Positions 29,556 to 39,034 of a stretch of DNA of 64,000 nt are shown here, piece by piece (position 1 is the stretch's first letter; each line of letters opens with the position of its first letter). The translations under genes and the position numbers were made by a program. The stretch is from positions 800,001 through 864,000 of the forward strand of contig CAVUVW010000014.1 of the NCBI GenBank assembly GCA_963745035.1, read 5' to 3'. The notes below the pieces were generated by a model that was not told where the DNA came from, did no database searches, and worked only from the letters and a program-made list of their open reading frames with translations. This DNA is from an uncultured delta proteobacterium. Lineage in GTDB: Bacteria > Desulfobacterota > Binatia > UBA9968.

Positions 29556-29800
29556 TTCACATCCTGGAAAACCCAATGCAAATACCGGCGTCGATCGCGG
29601 GGAAACTTCAGTAGGAATTGCTTTTGGTGGCAGCGGTGAGTGATATGCCAAATACAACCAGCGAGAAAATGACGGTTAGCTCTCCCACATCGTTTTCCTC
29701 AGAGGCAGCTTTGGCCTAAAAACTGACCTTCTAAGCGCTTAAACGACGCCTCTTTTGATGCCCTAATCTCGCGAAATCGAGAAGTTGCTCTGGTCCGACA
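29556..29800 (-). mobile_element. RAYT remnant: 5' flank plus about 45 codons
   Basis: RANRHFLAGCIWHITHRCHQKQFLLKFPRDRRRYLHWVFQ, frameshifted just after the ATG; ends at ctggtccgac. Confidence 0.9.
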
Positions 29801-29804
29801 GCGC

Positions 29805-30068
29805 ATGGATTCCTTCAACACGGTGACCAGCGCCGCCTATATCTTTCTCATGTTTCTCAGCAGCATGTTTTATCCGTTGGCGGGCGTTCCGGCATGGTTC
29901 CAGTGGGTAGCGCGCATCAATCCGATGACGTGGCAGGTCGACATGCTGCGCTTCAGCCTGCTCGGCACGGGTGCGCCGTCGCTGGTGCTCTTGGAAAGCA
30001 TCGCGTTCGCGCTGTTTACGATCCTCTGTCTGACTTTGGCGGTGCGCGCCCTCGAGCGCGCGGCGTGA
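29805..30068 (+). pseudogene. ABC-2 type permease, C-terminal fragment
   Basis: LMFLSSMFYPL..VPAWFQWVARINPMTW.VD.LR; the N-terminal two thirds are absent and it abuts the RAYT end. Confidence 0.8.
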
Positions 30069-30204
30069 CCGCCCATTCGCCGCGGCGAGCGCGTTGCAAA
30101 GCGGCGGCGCAAAAGGCAAGATTCCGGCGCCGGGAGCGCGGATCGGCGCCGCGGCAATGCTCACGCCGGCTGCATGAACCGGCTCAACCCGTGGAGGTGA
30201 TTGA

Positions 30205-31326
30205 ATGGCAAACTCAAACGATCCGTTCGCCGCTCGCCCGATGGACGAAGTAAAAAAGGAACTGCACGAGCGCGCCAAGCACAATCGAAATCCGTTTCTT
30301 TACACGCTATACGACGAGGTCGCGCCGGTGATCGACGGCCTCGAGTCGGTGGATCGCGAGGCCTGGGCCAGTGACTTCGGCGCGCTGGCGGCGCGCCATG
30401 AAGAGCGCGCCGCGAAAGCGGAGGCCGGCGGCGACGGCGATACGGCGCGAAAGGAATATCTGATCGCCTACGATTGTTACCACGTCGCCCGCTATCCCGC
30501 GCCGAACTCGCCCGGCAAGCGGGCCGCCTATAAAAAGTCGCAGGAAAATTTCCACAAAGCGGCACGCTACTTCGACCCGCCCCTCGAGCGCGTGGAGATG
30601 CCATTCAAGGGGCGCGCCGGCGAGGGCCGGGCTTCGATCGGTCTTCTACGCAAGCCCAAGGGAGTTGCCCGGCCGCCGGTTGTGGCAATTTGGGGCGGCA
30701 TCGACGCATTCAAAGAAGAGCGCCCGAGCGATCCTTATCTTCGCGCCGGGTTGGCGACTCTGTGCATCGATATGCCCGGCGTCGCCGACGCGCCGCTGCC
30801 CGGCTCGGAGAACGCCGAGCGGCTGTGGGACGCCGTGTTCGACTACATCGCCGGCCGGTCCGATTTGGATGCGAACAGAGTCGGCATTCACGGCGGCAGC
30901 ACGGGCGGCTACTGGGCGACCAAAGTCGCGCACACACATAGCGAGCGATTGCGCGCGGCGGTGAATCAGGGCGGCCCGGCGCATTTCGCGTTTCAAAAGG
31001 ACTGGATCGCCAAGGCGCAGCGCGGCGAATACCCGTTCGAGCTTGCCGAAACTTTGGCATGTGCGTTCGATCGATCGTCGGGCGAGGAATGGATCGAATA
31101 CGCGCCGCAGTTGTCGCTTCTCACCCAGGGGATTCTCGACCGGCCCTGCGCGCCGCTGCTCTGCGTCAACGGCGTGAACGACACGGTCTTCCCGATCGCC
31201 GACATGCACCTCCTGCTCGAACACGGACGGCCGAAATCGACCCGTTTCTACCCGGGCGGCCATATGGGCGGCGGTAATGCGCAGTCGATGATCATCGACT
31301 GGCTGAAAGAAAAGCTTATGGCGTGA
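30205..31326 (+). CDS. Alpha/beta hydrolase (FrsA / dihydroxypseudooxynicotine hydrolase-like)
   Basis: GGIDAFKEE, DMPG, GGSTGG, NGVND, GGHMG; GGAGG RBS. Confidence 0.85.
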   Translation: MANSNDPFAARPMDEVKKELHERAKHNRNPFLYTLYDEVAPVIDGLESVDREAWASDFGALAARHEERAAKAEAGGDGDTARKEYLIAYDCYHVARYPAPNSPGKRAAYKKSQENFHKAARYFDPPLERVEMPFKGRAGEGRASIGLLRKPKGVARPPVVAIWGGIDAFKEERPSDPYLRAGLATLCIDMPGVADAPLPGSENAERLWDAVFDYIAGRSDLDANRVGIHGGSTGGYWATKVAHTHSERLRAAVNQGGPAHFAFQKDWIAKAQRGEYPFELAETLACAFDRSSGEEWIEYAPQLSLLTQGILDRPCAPLLCVNGVNDTVFPIADMHLLLEHGRPKSTRFYPGGHMGGGNAQSMIIDWLKEKLMA

Positions 31327-31372
31327 TCGGCGGCTTACAAAAAAGGATTTTCGGTTGCGCCTCCCGAGCAGG

Positions 31373-31879
31373 TTATCGGCGCTGAATTTGTTGCTGATGA
31401 CGCAGGCCGTTCAAGTCCTGCTGGGTCTGATTGCGGCGGATCTGGTCTTGCAGGGAATCGATGCGCTGCTGGCGCTGTAAACTATCGATTTGCTGTTGCT
31501 GTCGCAGCGGCTGGGATTCGCGCTGAATTCGATTCAATTGCTGCTCGGTTTGCAAGCGCTGGAGCTGTTGGTCGTTGCGCAACTGGTCGAGTTGTCGCTG
31601 GTTCTCGATCGTTTGCCCCGGCGCGGGAGAAGGCTTACGGATCTCCGCCTGATCGAGCTCGCGCTGCAGTTGTTGGTTTTCGCGCTCGCGCCGCAGATTC
31701 TCCAACTGCTCCAGGCGCCGCAGCTCTTTCAGTTTTTCCTCCCGGCGCGCTTTGGTCTGTTCCTGGAGAACCTCTTCGAGCTGGTCGGCCGCGGCGAAAA
31801 CGGCCTTTGGCGTGTATAAAAAGGAGGCGACAAACAAGACCAGCAGCACGCGTACGGGCATTTTTATTAGCTTACTCAC
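31373..31879 (-). CDS. Secreted Gln/Arg/Leu-rich low-complexity protein
   Basis: Signal peptide ending AVFA, followed by QQL repeats. Confidence 0.65.
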   Translation of the reverse strand: MSKLIKMPVRVLLVLFVASFLYTPKAVFAAADQLEEVLQEQTKARREEKLKELRRLEQLENLRRERENQQLQRELDQAEIRKPSPAPGQTIENQRQLDQLRNDQQLQRLQTEQQLNRIQRESQPLRQQQQIDSLQRQQRIDSLQDQIRRNQTQQDLNGLRHQQQIQRR

Positions 31880-31896
31880 ACGTTCATCAAACCAAA

Positions 31897-32868
31897 TTAC
31901 CGCGCCGATGGCAACATGGAAAAATCCACGAGTTTGTCCGCCTCCAGGTTTTCCGGTATCGGCCGTTCTTCACGCAGGAGAGTCAAGTAGCCGCGCACTT
32001 TCTTGAGATCCATGCTGCCGTCGGGGGAAAGAATGCCGACCATGGTCTCGTAGGAGCGTTCCGCTTCGCTCGGGCTGATTTTGTAGCGCGCCGCGATCAT
32101 CTTGACGGCTTCGGCGCGGTTCGCCCGTTGCCAGGCAACGGCGTCCATCACGGCGGCGATGGTTTTACGGACGCGCTCGCGATGGCCGCGGATCTCCGCC
32201 TGGGACGTGAACAGTCCGACGTAGGGAATGTCCGCCAAATCGCCGAGGAAAAGAAACTTCTTATAGCCGAGCGACACCGCCTTGTCGTCGAACGGCGGGC
32301 TCAAAACCGCGCCGGCGACTTGGCCACTCGTCAGAGCGGCAAAGCTATTGGAGGTTCCTCCGGTGGTGGCCAAGCCGACTTGTTTGTCGTCCAATCCGAG
32401 TTTTTTAAATCCCGCGCGCGCGAAATAGTAGGGCGAGGATCGGATGTCCGAGATGGCGATTTTCTTGCCGATCAAGTCCGGCGCGCGATAAATATCTTTC
32501 CCGGTTACCAACACCCAAGGCGTGTCTTTGTAAAGCGACAAGACGACGACGAGGGGAAGGCCGGATACCGCGGCCGAAATGGCCGACTGGGGCGAGGTAA
32601 AGAAATTGATGTTGCCGTTCAAGACCGCTTGCGGCGCGATCACTGTGCGCATCTGAATGTACTCGACGTCAAGGCCGGCCTTGGCGTAAAAGCCTTTCTC
32701 CTTGGCGATGTCGAACGGCAGTGTGGAAACGGCCGAAGAAGGATAGCCGATGCGGACGCTTTGTGGGCTGTCGGCGGCGCGGGCCCCGGCTGGAAGGCCC
32801 GTCACGATCAAAATCCAAAGCAGGAGAAGATGATTACGCGTCGATAGCGATCTTGCGCAGGTCATCAT
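31897..32868 (-). CDS. SsuA/NMT1-type ABC substrate-binding protein
   Basis: Signal peptide, VRIGYP, GLDVEYI, DLIGKKIAI. Confidence 0.85.
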   Translation of the reverse strand: MMTCARSLSTRNHLLLLWILIVTGLPAGARAADSPQSVRIGYPSSAVSTLPFDIAKEKGFYAKAGLDVEYIQMRTVIAPQAVLNGNINFFTSPQSAISAAVSGLPLVVVLSLYKDTPWVLVTGKDIYRAPDLIGKKIAISDIRSSPYYFARAGFKKLGLDDKQVGLATTGGTSNSFAALTSGQVAGAVLSPPFDDKAVSLGYKKFLFLGDLADIPYVGLFTSQAEIRGHRERVRKTIAAVMDAVAWQRANRAEAVKMIAARYKISPSEAERSYETMVGILSPDGSMDLKKVRGYLTLLREERPIPENLEADKLVDFSMLPSAR

Positions 32869-32892
32869 GAGCGTTTCCGCGCCGCGCCCGAG

Positions 32893-34026
32893 CTACATCC
32901 CCGTCATGCCATAGTAGGTGGCGCAGTTGTCCCAGAGAATCTTGCGCTTGTCTTCGTCGGTGATCGGCAGCTGCAAAAAGCGCTCGACCGCTCTGGGATA
33001 TTTGGTATCCACGTGGGGAAAGTCGGTGGAGAAAACCAAGCGCTCGTTGCCGAGAAAATCAATGGCGTATTTCACCGGTTCCTCGTCGCACTCGACCGAC
33101 GCGTAACACTGTCTCTTGAAGTAGGCGCTCGGCGGGTTGGTGAGCGCCGGCGCCCACTGGTCGCCGTAAAGTTCCCAGTGTTCATCGAGACGCCACATAA
33201 GAAAGGGGATCCAGCCGCAGTTGCCTTCGAGAAAGGCGACGCGCAGCCTGGGATGGCGTTCCAACACGCCGCCGCCGCAGAAGCTGCCGACGGCGAGCAT
33301 CTGTTCGACGGGATGGGAAAAGGTGTGGCGCAGCATGAAATCGTAGCCGAATTGTTCGCCGACTTGGCGCGCCGCCGAGGTGTTCGACTCGTGAAAGCCC
33401 AGGGGCACGCCGAGATCTTCGAGCGCTGACCACAGCGGCTCGTAGTAAGGGTCATGCCAGTTACGGCCGTTGACGATGTTCGCGCGCAGAAAGAGCGCAC
33501 GAAAGCCCAACTGCTCCACGCACCGGCGCGTCTCGGCGATGGCGTCGTCGATGTCGAACGGCGAGATCATACCGGCGCCGATGAGCCTCGTCGGATCGGC
33601 CTGGCAGAATTCGTACAGCCAGTCGTTGTAAGCACGCGCCAGCGCGGCGGCGAACTCGCGGTCCAGTTCGGGAACGCTCAGGACGTTGAGGCCGCGGCTC
33701 GGATAGAGTATCGCCACATCGATGCCTTCTTCCGCCATGGCGTCGAGCTGCACTTGCGCGCTCCAGCCGCGCTCGTAGTGGGGTCGAAAGAGTTTTTGAT
33801 TCTTGTGAAAGATGTGGCCGGGCGGTGGCAGGGTTCCGGCCGGCGGATCGGCCGGGCGGCCCCAGGCGCGGCCGTCGGGGCCGACCAGACGCAGATCGCG
33901 CACGTGGTCGGTGGTGCCGATCGGTGCCCGATGCTTGAACTTTTTATCGATATAGCGCTGCCAGAGATCGGCGGGCTCGAGAATGTGCATATCGCTGTCA
34001 AGAACTTTGAAACCGTGGTTGGCCAT
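32893..34026 (-). CDS. Amidohydrolase_2 family protein
   Basis: DSDMHILEP, RAYNDW, GFH, RHPRLRVAFLEGN.GW, FSTDFPH. Confidence 0.9.
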   Translation of the reverse strand: MANHGFKVLDSDMHILEPADLWQRYIDKKFKHRAPIGTTDHVRDLRLVGPDGRAWGRPADPPAGTLPPPGHIFHKNQKLFRPHYERGWSAQVQLDAMAEEGIDVAILYPSRGLNVLSVPELDREFAAALARAYNDWLYEFCQADPTRLIGAGMISPFDIDDAIAETRRCVEQLGFRALFLRANIVNGRNWHDPYYEPLWSALEDLGVPLGFHESNTSAARQVGEQFGYDFMLRHTFSHPVEQMLAVGSFCGGGVLERHPRLRVAFLEGNCGWIPFLMWRLDEHWELYGDQWAPALTNPPSAYFKRQCYASVECDEEPVKYAIDFLGNERLVFSTDFPHVDTKYPRAVERFLQLPITDEDKRKILWDNCATYYGMTGM

Positions 34027-34091
34027 AAATCACCTCGTGATTTGCTCGGGCCGTTCAAGTCGTTCCAATACGGAAGCGAAGCATCGCGTGT

Positions 34092-35045
34092 TCACGTCGA
34101 ATCCGGATGCGTTGAAATATATTTCGCGGCCGCCGCCGGATCTACGTCCGCTCTAAGCTCCACGTTCGCGGCTTCCTCCTGCAAGCGAAAAGCGACGGTG
34201 TACGCCGATTTCTCGCCCCAGCCGCGATCGGCGGCGGCGACGAGTCTTTGTTCCGCGATGTTCGCCAGCGGCAAGGGGACCGCGAGCTCGCGCGCGAGCG
34301 CGGTGGCAAGGCCGACATCTTTGCGCAGCAGTTTGAGCGGGAACACAGCGTTGTCGTAATCGTTGCGAAAGACGGTCTGCGGGACCTGCACGTGGAGCAC
34401 GTGCATGCGTCCGACCATGCCGCGGCGAACGGCTTCCCAGAGCGATTTGGTTTCGACCCCGGCCTTGACACCGAGGGTCAGCCCCTCGGCGATCGCTTGA
34501 GAGATCGTGCTGTTGATCATTTGATGGACGAGCTTGCAGATGCAGCCGGAGCCCAACGGACCGGCATGGAGAACCTGATCGCCGAAGGCCCGCAGTACCG
34601 GTTCGGCGCGCGCGAAGATTTCTTTGTCGCCGCCGACCATGATCTCGTGGATGCCGCGGGCGGCGCCCGGCTGGCCGGAGGCAACGGGGGCGTCGAGGAC
34701 GAACGCGCCCTTGGCGCGAAAGAGCGGTTCGAGCCGCCGGATGAGCGCCGGCGGATTGGTCGAAATATCGATGTAGATCGATTGCGCGCGGATGCCCTCC
34801 AAGATTCCTTTAGCGCCGCGCACGACCTGCTCGACGTCGTCGGGCATCGGCAGCGCCGTAACGATCACGTCGCTGCGCCGCGCCAACTCGGCGGCGGAGT
34901 TTGCGACGCGTGCGCCGCGCTCGCGAAACGGCCGCGACGCTTGGTCGCGCAGATCGAAGACCACCAGAGGAAAACCGGCTCTGTGGATATGGCCGGCGAC
35001 GGGTGCGCCCATGTTGCCAAGACCGATGAAACCGACTGTTTCCAT
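34092..35045 (-). CDS. 3-hydroxyisobutyrate dehydrogenase family NAD(P)-dependent oxidoreductase
   Basis: VGFIGLGNMG, LDAPVAS, CKLVHQ, LLRKDVGLA; true start is METVG, and the longer ORF is shadow of the opposite gene. Confidence 0.9.
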   Translation of the reverse strand: METVGFIGLGNMGAPVAGHIHRAGFPLVVFDLRDQASRPFRERGARVANSAAELARRSDVIVTALPMPDDVEQVVRGAKGILEGIRAQSIYIDISTNPPALIRRLEPLFRAKGAFVLDAPVASGQPGAARGIHEIMVGGDKEIFARAEPVLRAFGDQVLHAGPLGSGCICKLVHQMINSTISQAIAEGLTLGVKAGVETKSLWEAVRRGMVGRMHVLHVQVPQTVFRNDYDNAVFPLKLLRKDVGLATALARELAVPLPLANIAEQRLVAAADRGWGEKSAYTVAFRLQEEAANVELRADVDPAAAAKYISTHPDST

Positions 35046-35333
35046 TGTCGCTCCTGCGCCGCGATCGATCTTCAACCTATGGCAGAACCCCCGTTCGAGT
35101 GTCAACGCAGGCGCGGAGATCTCAAGCCATTCCTGCCGCAAAGGCGTGGAGCATCCGAAGGCGTAAGACAGTTGCGCCGGGTCCGAGGTTGAAGACAGGA
35201 TTCTGTGTACCGCGCGCCCGGCAAGCTTCTGTCCATCCCGGCGGCGCCTTGTTCGTGACTGGACCAAGCGCCTTTTTCGTTTGACGGGATTCTGATAGGA
35301 GTCGCTCAGCGAAATGAAAGGAGGATAAATTCC

Positions 35334-36320
35334 ATGGGATACATGATGCACGGTAAGTGGGTGAACGACGATCGCATTCCCGCCGACGCGCGCGGCCATT
35401 TCGTGCGCGCCGACTCGCAGTTTCGCAACTGGATCACGGCGGACGGCAGCCCCGGGCCTTCCGGCAGCGGCGGTTTCGAAGCAGAGCCTGACCGCTATCA
35501 TTTGTTCGTTTCGTATTCGTGCCCTTGGGCGCACCGGACGATCATCTTCCGCAAGCTCAAGAAGCTCGAAGATGTCATTTCGTTGTCGCTCGCCGACAAG
35601 CCCAAGAGCGAAGGGTGGGCGTATTCCGAAGGCATCGATGATCTGGAGCCGTGCGATGACGGCATCTTTCGCTTGTATCAAGTCTACGCCGCGGCCGACG
35701 CGAACTACACCGGCAAAGTTACCGTGCCGACGTTGTGGGACCGGGAACGGCGCACGATCGTGAATAATGAATCTTCCGAAATCATCCGCATGCTCAACGC
35801 CTCGTTCCGCGCCCACACCGACGTGAGCTACGATTTCTATCCCGAAGAGCTGCGCGGCGAGATCGAGCGCATCAACGCCATCGTCTACAGCGACTTCAAC
35901 AATGGCGTCTATCGCGCCGGCTTCGCGCGCAGCCAGGAGGCCTACGAAGAAGCGGTGCGGAAGATTTTTGCCTGCCTGGACATGATGGAGAATTTGCTGC
36001 GCGAGCAGCGTTATCTGGCCGGCGATCGGATTACCGAGGCCGATTGGCGCGCTTTCCCGACCTTGCTGCGCTTCGATCTAGTTTATTACAGCCACTTCAA
36101 ATGCAACCTGCGGCGCATTCAAGACTATCCCAATCTGGCGAACTATCTGCGCGAGCTGTATCAATGGCCGGGAATCAAGGAGACGTTGGATTTGGGCAAG
36201 ATCAAGGCGGGATACTACAGCCAACTCAACGTCAATCCGACGGGGATCGTACCGATCGGGCCCAATCTCGATCACTTGGACTTGGCGCACGACCGGAGCC
36301 GCCTGCGCGCAGCGGCATGA
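35334..36320 (+). CDS. yqjG: Glutathionyl-hydroquinone reductase (GST Xi/omega-like)
   Basis: RYHLFVSYSCPWAHR, VTVPTLWD, NNESSEII, NNGVYRAGFA, NPTGIVPIGP. Confidence 0.92.
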   Translation: MGYMMHGKWVNDDRIPADARGHFVRADSQFRNWITADGSPGPSGSGGFEAEPDRYHLFVSYSCPWAHRTIIFRKLKKLEDVISLSLADKPKSEGWAYSEGIDDLEPCDDGIFRLYQVYAAADANYTGKVTVPTLWDRERRTIVNNESSEIIRMLNASFRAHTDVSYDFYPEELRGEIERINAIVYSDFNNGVYRAGFARSQEAYEEAVRKIFACLDMMENLLREQRYLAGDRITEADWRAFPTLLRFDLVYYSHFKCNLRRIQDYPNLANYLRELYQWPGIKETLDLGKIKAGYYSQLNVNPTGIVPIGPNLDHLDLAHDRSRLRAAA

Positions 36321-36407
36321 GGTATGAACCTTAGCGCGGCAGCGCCGCAACCAATCTCGGAATAGCATGTCCCACGCGAAGTCGAAGGAACGCAAAAACG
36401 GCAAAGA

Positions 36408-36450
36408 TGTCATTTCGAACGAAGAGGGAAATCTTTCTTAGATCCCTCGC
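36408..36450. repeat. Intergenic REP-like element (GTCATTYCGA...GAAATCT family)
   Basis: tgtcatttcgaacgaagagggaaatcttt resembles tgtcattccgagcaaagggagaaatcttt at 60364-60392. Confidence 0.55.
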
Positions 36451-36629
36451 ATGTGCTCAGGCTGCCAGCCTTTGTCATTTGGCGTCTTTACGACTCGGCG
36501 CGAGGGGCGTCCGACTCCGAGCCCTTTCAGCTTCCGGATCATTTGCGGGTTAAGCGAGGCGGCGCGGGCAGCATCCTTGCCGGCGCTCGATGCATTTTTG
36601 TCAGTTGATTTTTAAAGGAGCAATACAAA

Positions 36630-37565
36630 ATGGCGAATCACACGCCTTGCGGCATCGAGCTACCCCAAGTTTTTTTCGGCGGTCCCGTAGATATGGAGCA
36701 CATTCGGAAATTCGCGATCAAAGCCGAGACGCTCGGCTATGACAGCTTGTGGCTGCAAGAGCGGGTGATCGGTGATTTTGCCATGCTCGAGCCGGTAACT
36801 CTGTTGAGCTACGTCGCCGCGGTCACGACCAAGTTGCGGTTGGGGACTTCGGTCATTTTGCTGCCTTTGCGCAACCCCATTCAACTGGCGAAGGCCTATT
36901 CGACGTTGGACGTGATGAGCGGCGGGCGGGCCGTCATGGGCGTTGGTCTGGGCGGAGGCCATCTCGGCTCGCACGAAGATGTTTTCGGATATACGCGGGA
37001 AGGTCGGGTCACGCGCTTCACCGAAGCAGTGCAGATCATGAAGCTTCTATGGGCCAAGCCCAAGGCGAGCTTCCGCGGGCGCTATTGGCATTTCGATGAC
37101 ATCTCGATGGAGCCCAAGCCGGTGCAGAAGCCCCATCTGCCGATCATCTTCGGCGGACATCATGAGAACGCATTGCGCCGCGCGGTGAAGTATGCCGACG
37201 GCTGGATGGGCGCAGGCTCGTCTTCATCCGGATCGTTCATCCGCGAGTCGGCGCGCATCCGTGCCTTTCTCGAAGAAGCGAAGCGCGATCCGGGGACTTT
37301 TCATTTCGCCAAGCGAGTGTATCTCGCGGTCGATAACGACAATGCCCGCGGTGAACGGCGGATCAGAGAGTGGTTCGGCAAACGCTACAAGAACGCCGAC
37401 CTCGGTCCGAAGGTTTCGATCTGGGGAAGCAGCGCGGAATGCACGGAGAAAATCCAGGAGCTAGTCGGCGCCGGCGCACAGCAGATCGTTTTCAATCCGA
37501 TGTTCGATGAAAACGAACATCTGGACGTTTGCGCCAGGGAGATCATGCCGCATCTACAACGCTGA
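36630..37565 (+). CDS. LLM class flavin-dependent oxidoreductase
   Basis: AETLGYDSLW, LRLGTSV, TLDVMSGGR, EPKPVQKPH, YADGW. Confidence 0.9.
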   Translation: MANHTPCGIELPQVFFGGPVDMEHIRKFAIKAETLGYDSLWLQERVIGDFAMLEPVTLLSYVAAVTTKLRLGTSVILLPLRNPIQLAKAYSTLDVMSGGRAVMGVGLGGGHLGSHEDVFGYTREGRVTRFTEAVQIMKLLWAKPKASFRGRYWHFDDISMEPKPVQKPHLPIIFGGHHENALRRAVKYADGWMGAGSSSSGSFIRESARIRAFLEEAKRDPGTFHFAKRVYLAVDNDNARGERRIREWFGKRYKNADLGPKVSIWGSSAECTEKIQELVGAGAQQIVFNPMFDENEHLDVCAREIMPHLQR

Positions 37566-37607
37566 GATTAGCCGCCATCGCGAAGCGGAGTGGGAGATGG
37601 GAATAAG

Positions 37608-38397
37608 ATGGATTTGGGATTGACCGGCAAAGTGGCGATCGTGACCGGCTCAAGCGACGGCATCGGTTACGCAGTGGCGCGGGCGCTGGGACAGGAGGGA
37701 TGTCGGCTGGTCTTGTGCGCTCGGCGCGAAGAACTTCTTGCCGAAGCACGAGACAAGCTTGCGACGGAGACCGGCGCGGAGGTGCTGGCGGTGCGCTGCG
37801 ACGTGCAGCGATTGGTCGACGTGCAAAATTTGGTGAATGAAACCGTCCGGCGATTCGGGTCCATCCATATTCTCGTCAACAATGCCGGCAGCGTTCCGAG
37901 CGCGAAGTTTGCCAGTGTGGACGATGCCCAATGGTATCAGATGTTGGAGGGGAAGCTGTTGTCGTACTTGCGCGTGACGCGCGAGGTCGTGCCGCATATG
38001 CTCAAATCCGGCTGGGGCAGGATCGTCAACGTGGCGGGCACCGCAGGGCTGGAGCCGAGTAATACTGCTGATAGCCGTCGGTCTGAACAACGCCGCGGTG
38101 ATCAACTGGACCAAGTCGTTGTCCCGTGAATATGTGGCGGACGGCATTCTAGTCACGACGGTGGCGCCCGGCTCGATTGAAACGCCGCGCCAGACCCGCA
38201 ATCGCGAGCGCGAGGCGAGTATCACCGGAAAGAGCTTGGATGAGCTGCGCAGCGCGCGCGTGCGCGATATTCCGATGCAGCGGCTTGGACGGCCGGAGGA
38301 AGTCGCCAATGTCGTGGCTTTCCTGGCCTCGGAGTGCTCGAGTTACATGACTGGAGCGTGCGTGACGGTGGATGGCGGTGTGATGCGCGGGATTTGA
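37608..38397 (+). CDS. SDR family oxidoreductase (frameshift near 38070)
   Basis: TGSSDGIG, VNNAG, then NAAVINWTKSLS...RLGRPEEVA...VDGG in the next frame. Confidence 0.88.
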
Positions 38398-38496
38398 ATC
38401 TGCGGCGCCGCGTTACCATCATGTTCCGCGACACGCCGCGAACAATACATGACCCCGTTCGCTTGTGATTTTAGCAAACCGATCCGTTCGGGCGCC

Positions 38497-38922
38497 TCAC
38501 ACGGTCGAGCGAAAGCGGAGCTTGCGGTGGCGCGTGCCGGAACGATATTTTTTCAAGCGCGGCTTCCCCGCGCCGTTTTGATTCAGGGCGGTCCAGCGAT
38601 TCAATCCACGCCGCAGGTAGCCGGGATCGAGCCCTAACGTTTCGCAGACGTTGGCGAAGGAAAAAATCCAGCTTTCCGCGTCCTCGGCGTTGACCCACGA
38701 ATGCGCTTCTTCGAAAGCCCTGCGCTGCTGCCGCGCGCCGCGGCGCGGGTTTTTGGAAAGGCAGGAGACCGCGTCCTCCAGAACCGCCACCATCAGCCGC
38801 CGCTCCGGATCGGGCATGTGGCTGCTTTTCAGAATGGCGTTAAATTGACTCGGCGCCAGCACATCGGGCTCAAACAGAAGGGCCAGATCCTGGTGGACCG
38901 CGAGGCCTGGGTGCGATTTCAT
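38497..38922 (-). CDS. Conserved hypothetical protein, basic C-terminus
   Basis: AAGGAG RBS; PERRLMVAVLEDA...W..FSFANVCETLGLDP.YLR pattern. Confidence 0.75.
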   Translation of the reverse strand: MKSHPGLAVHQDLALLFEPDVLAPSQFNAILKSSHMPDPERRLMVAVLEDAVSCLSKNPRRGARQQRRAFEEAHSWVNAEDAESWIFSFANVCETLGLDPGYLRRGLNRWTALNQNGAGKPRLKKYRSGTRHRKLRFRSTV

Positions 38923-39034
38923 GATTTCCGCTCCTTTCGGCGCAACGCGCCTCCAATAACGGTAGGATAGAGCAAATCCTCATAGTTTGACAAATTCATA
39001 ATTTGTTACTAATTCATAGATTAAACCGAACTAT

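Noticed and set aside
24044-29800. Repeats as integron attC sites or a structured ncRNA
   Set aside because: They translate into the RAYT N-terminus; no attC-like core pairing and no integrase is visible.
35060-35300. Riboswitch or ncRNA in the divergent spacer
   Set aside because: No conserved aptamer motif that I can support from the sequence.
34092-35816. 574 aa dehydrogenase with a long N-terminal extension
   Set aside because: The extension is the antisense shadow of the yqjG-like gene; the real start is at 35045.
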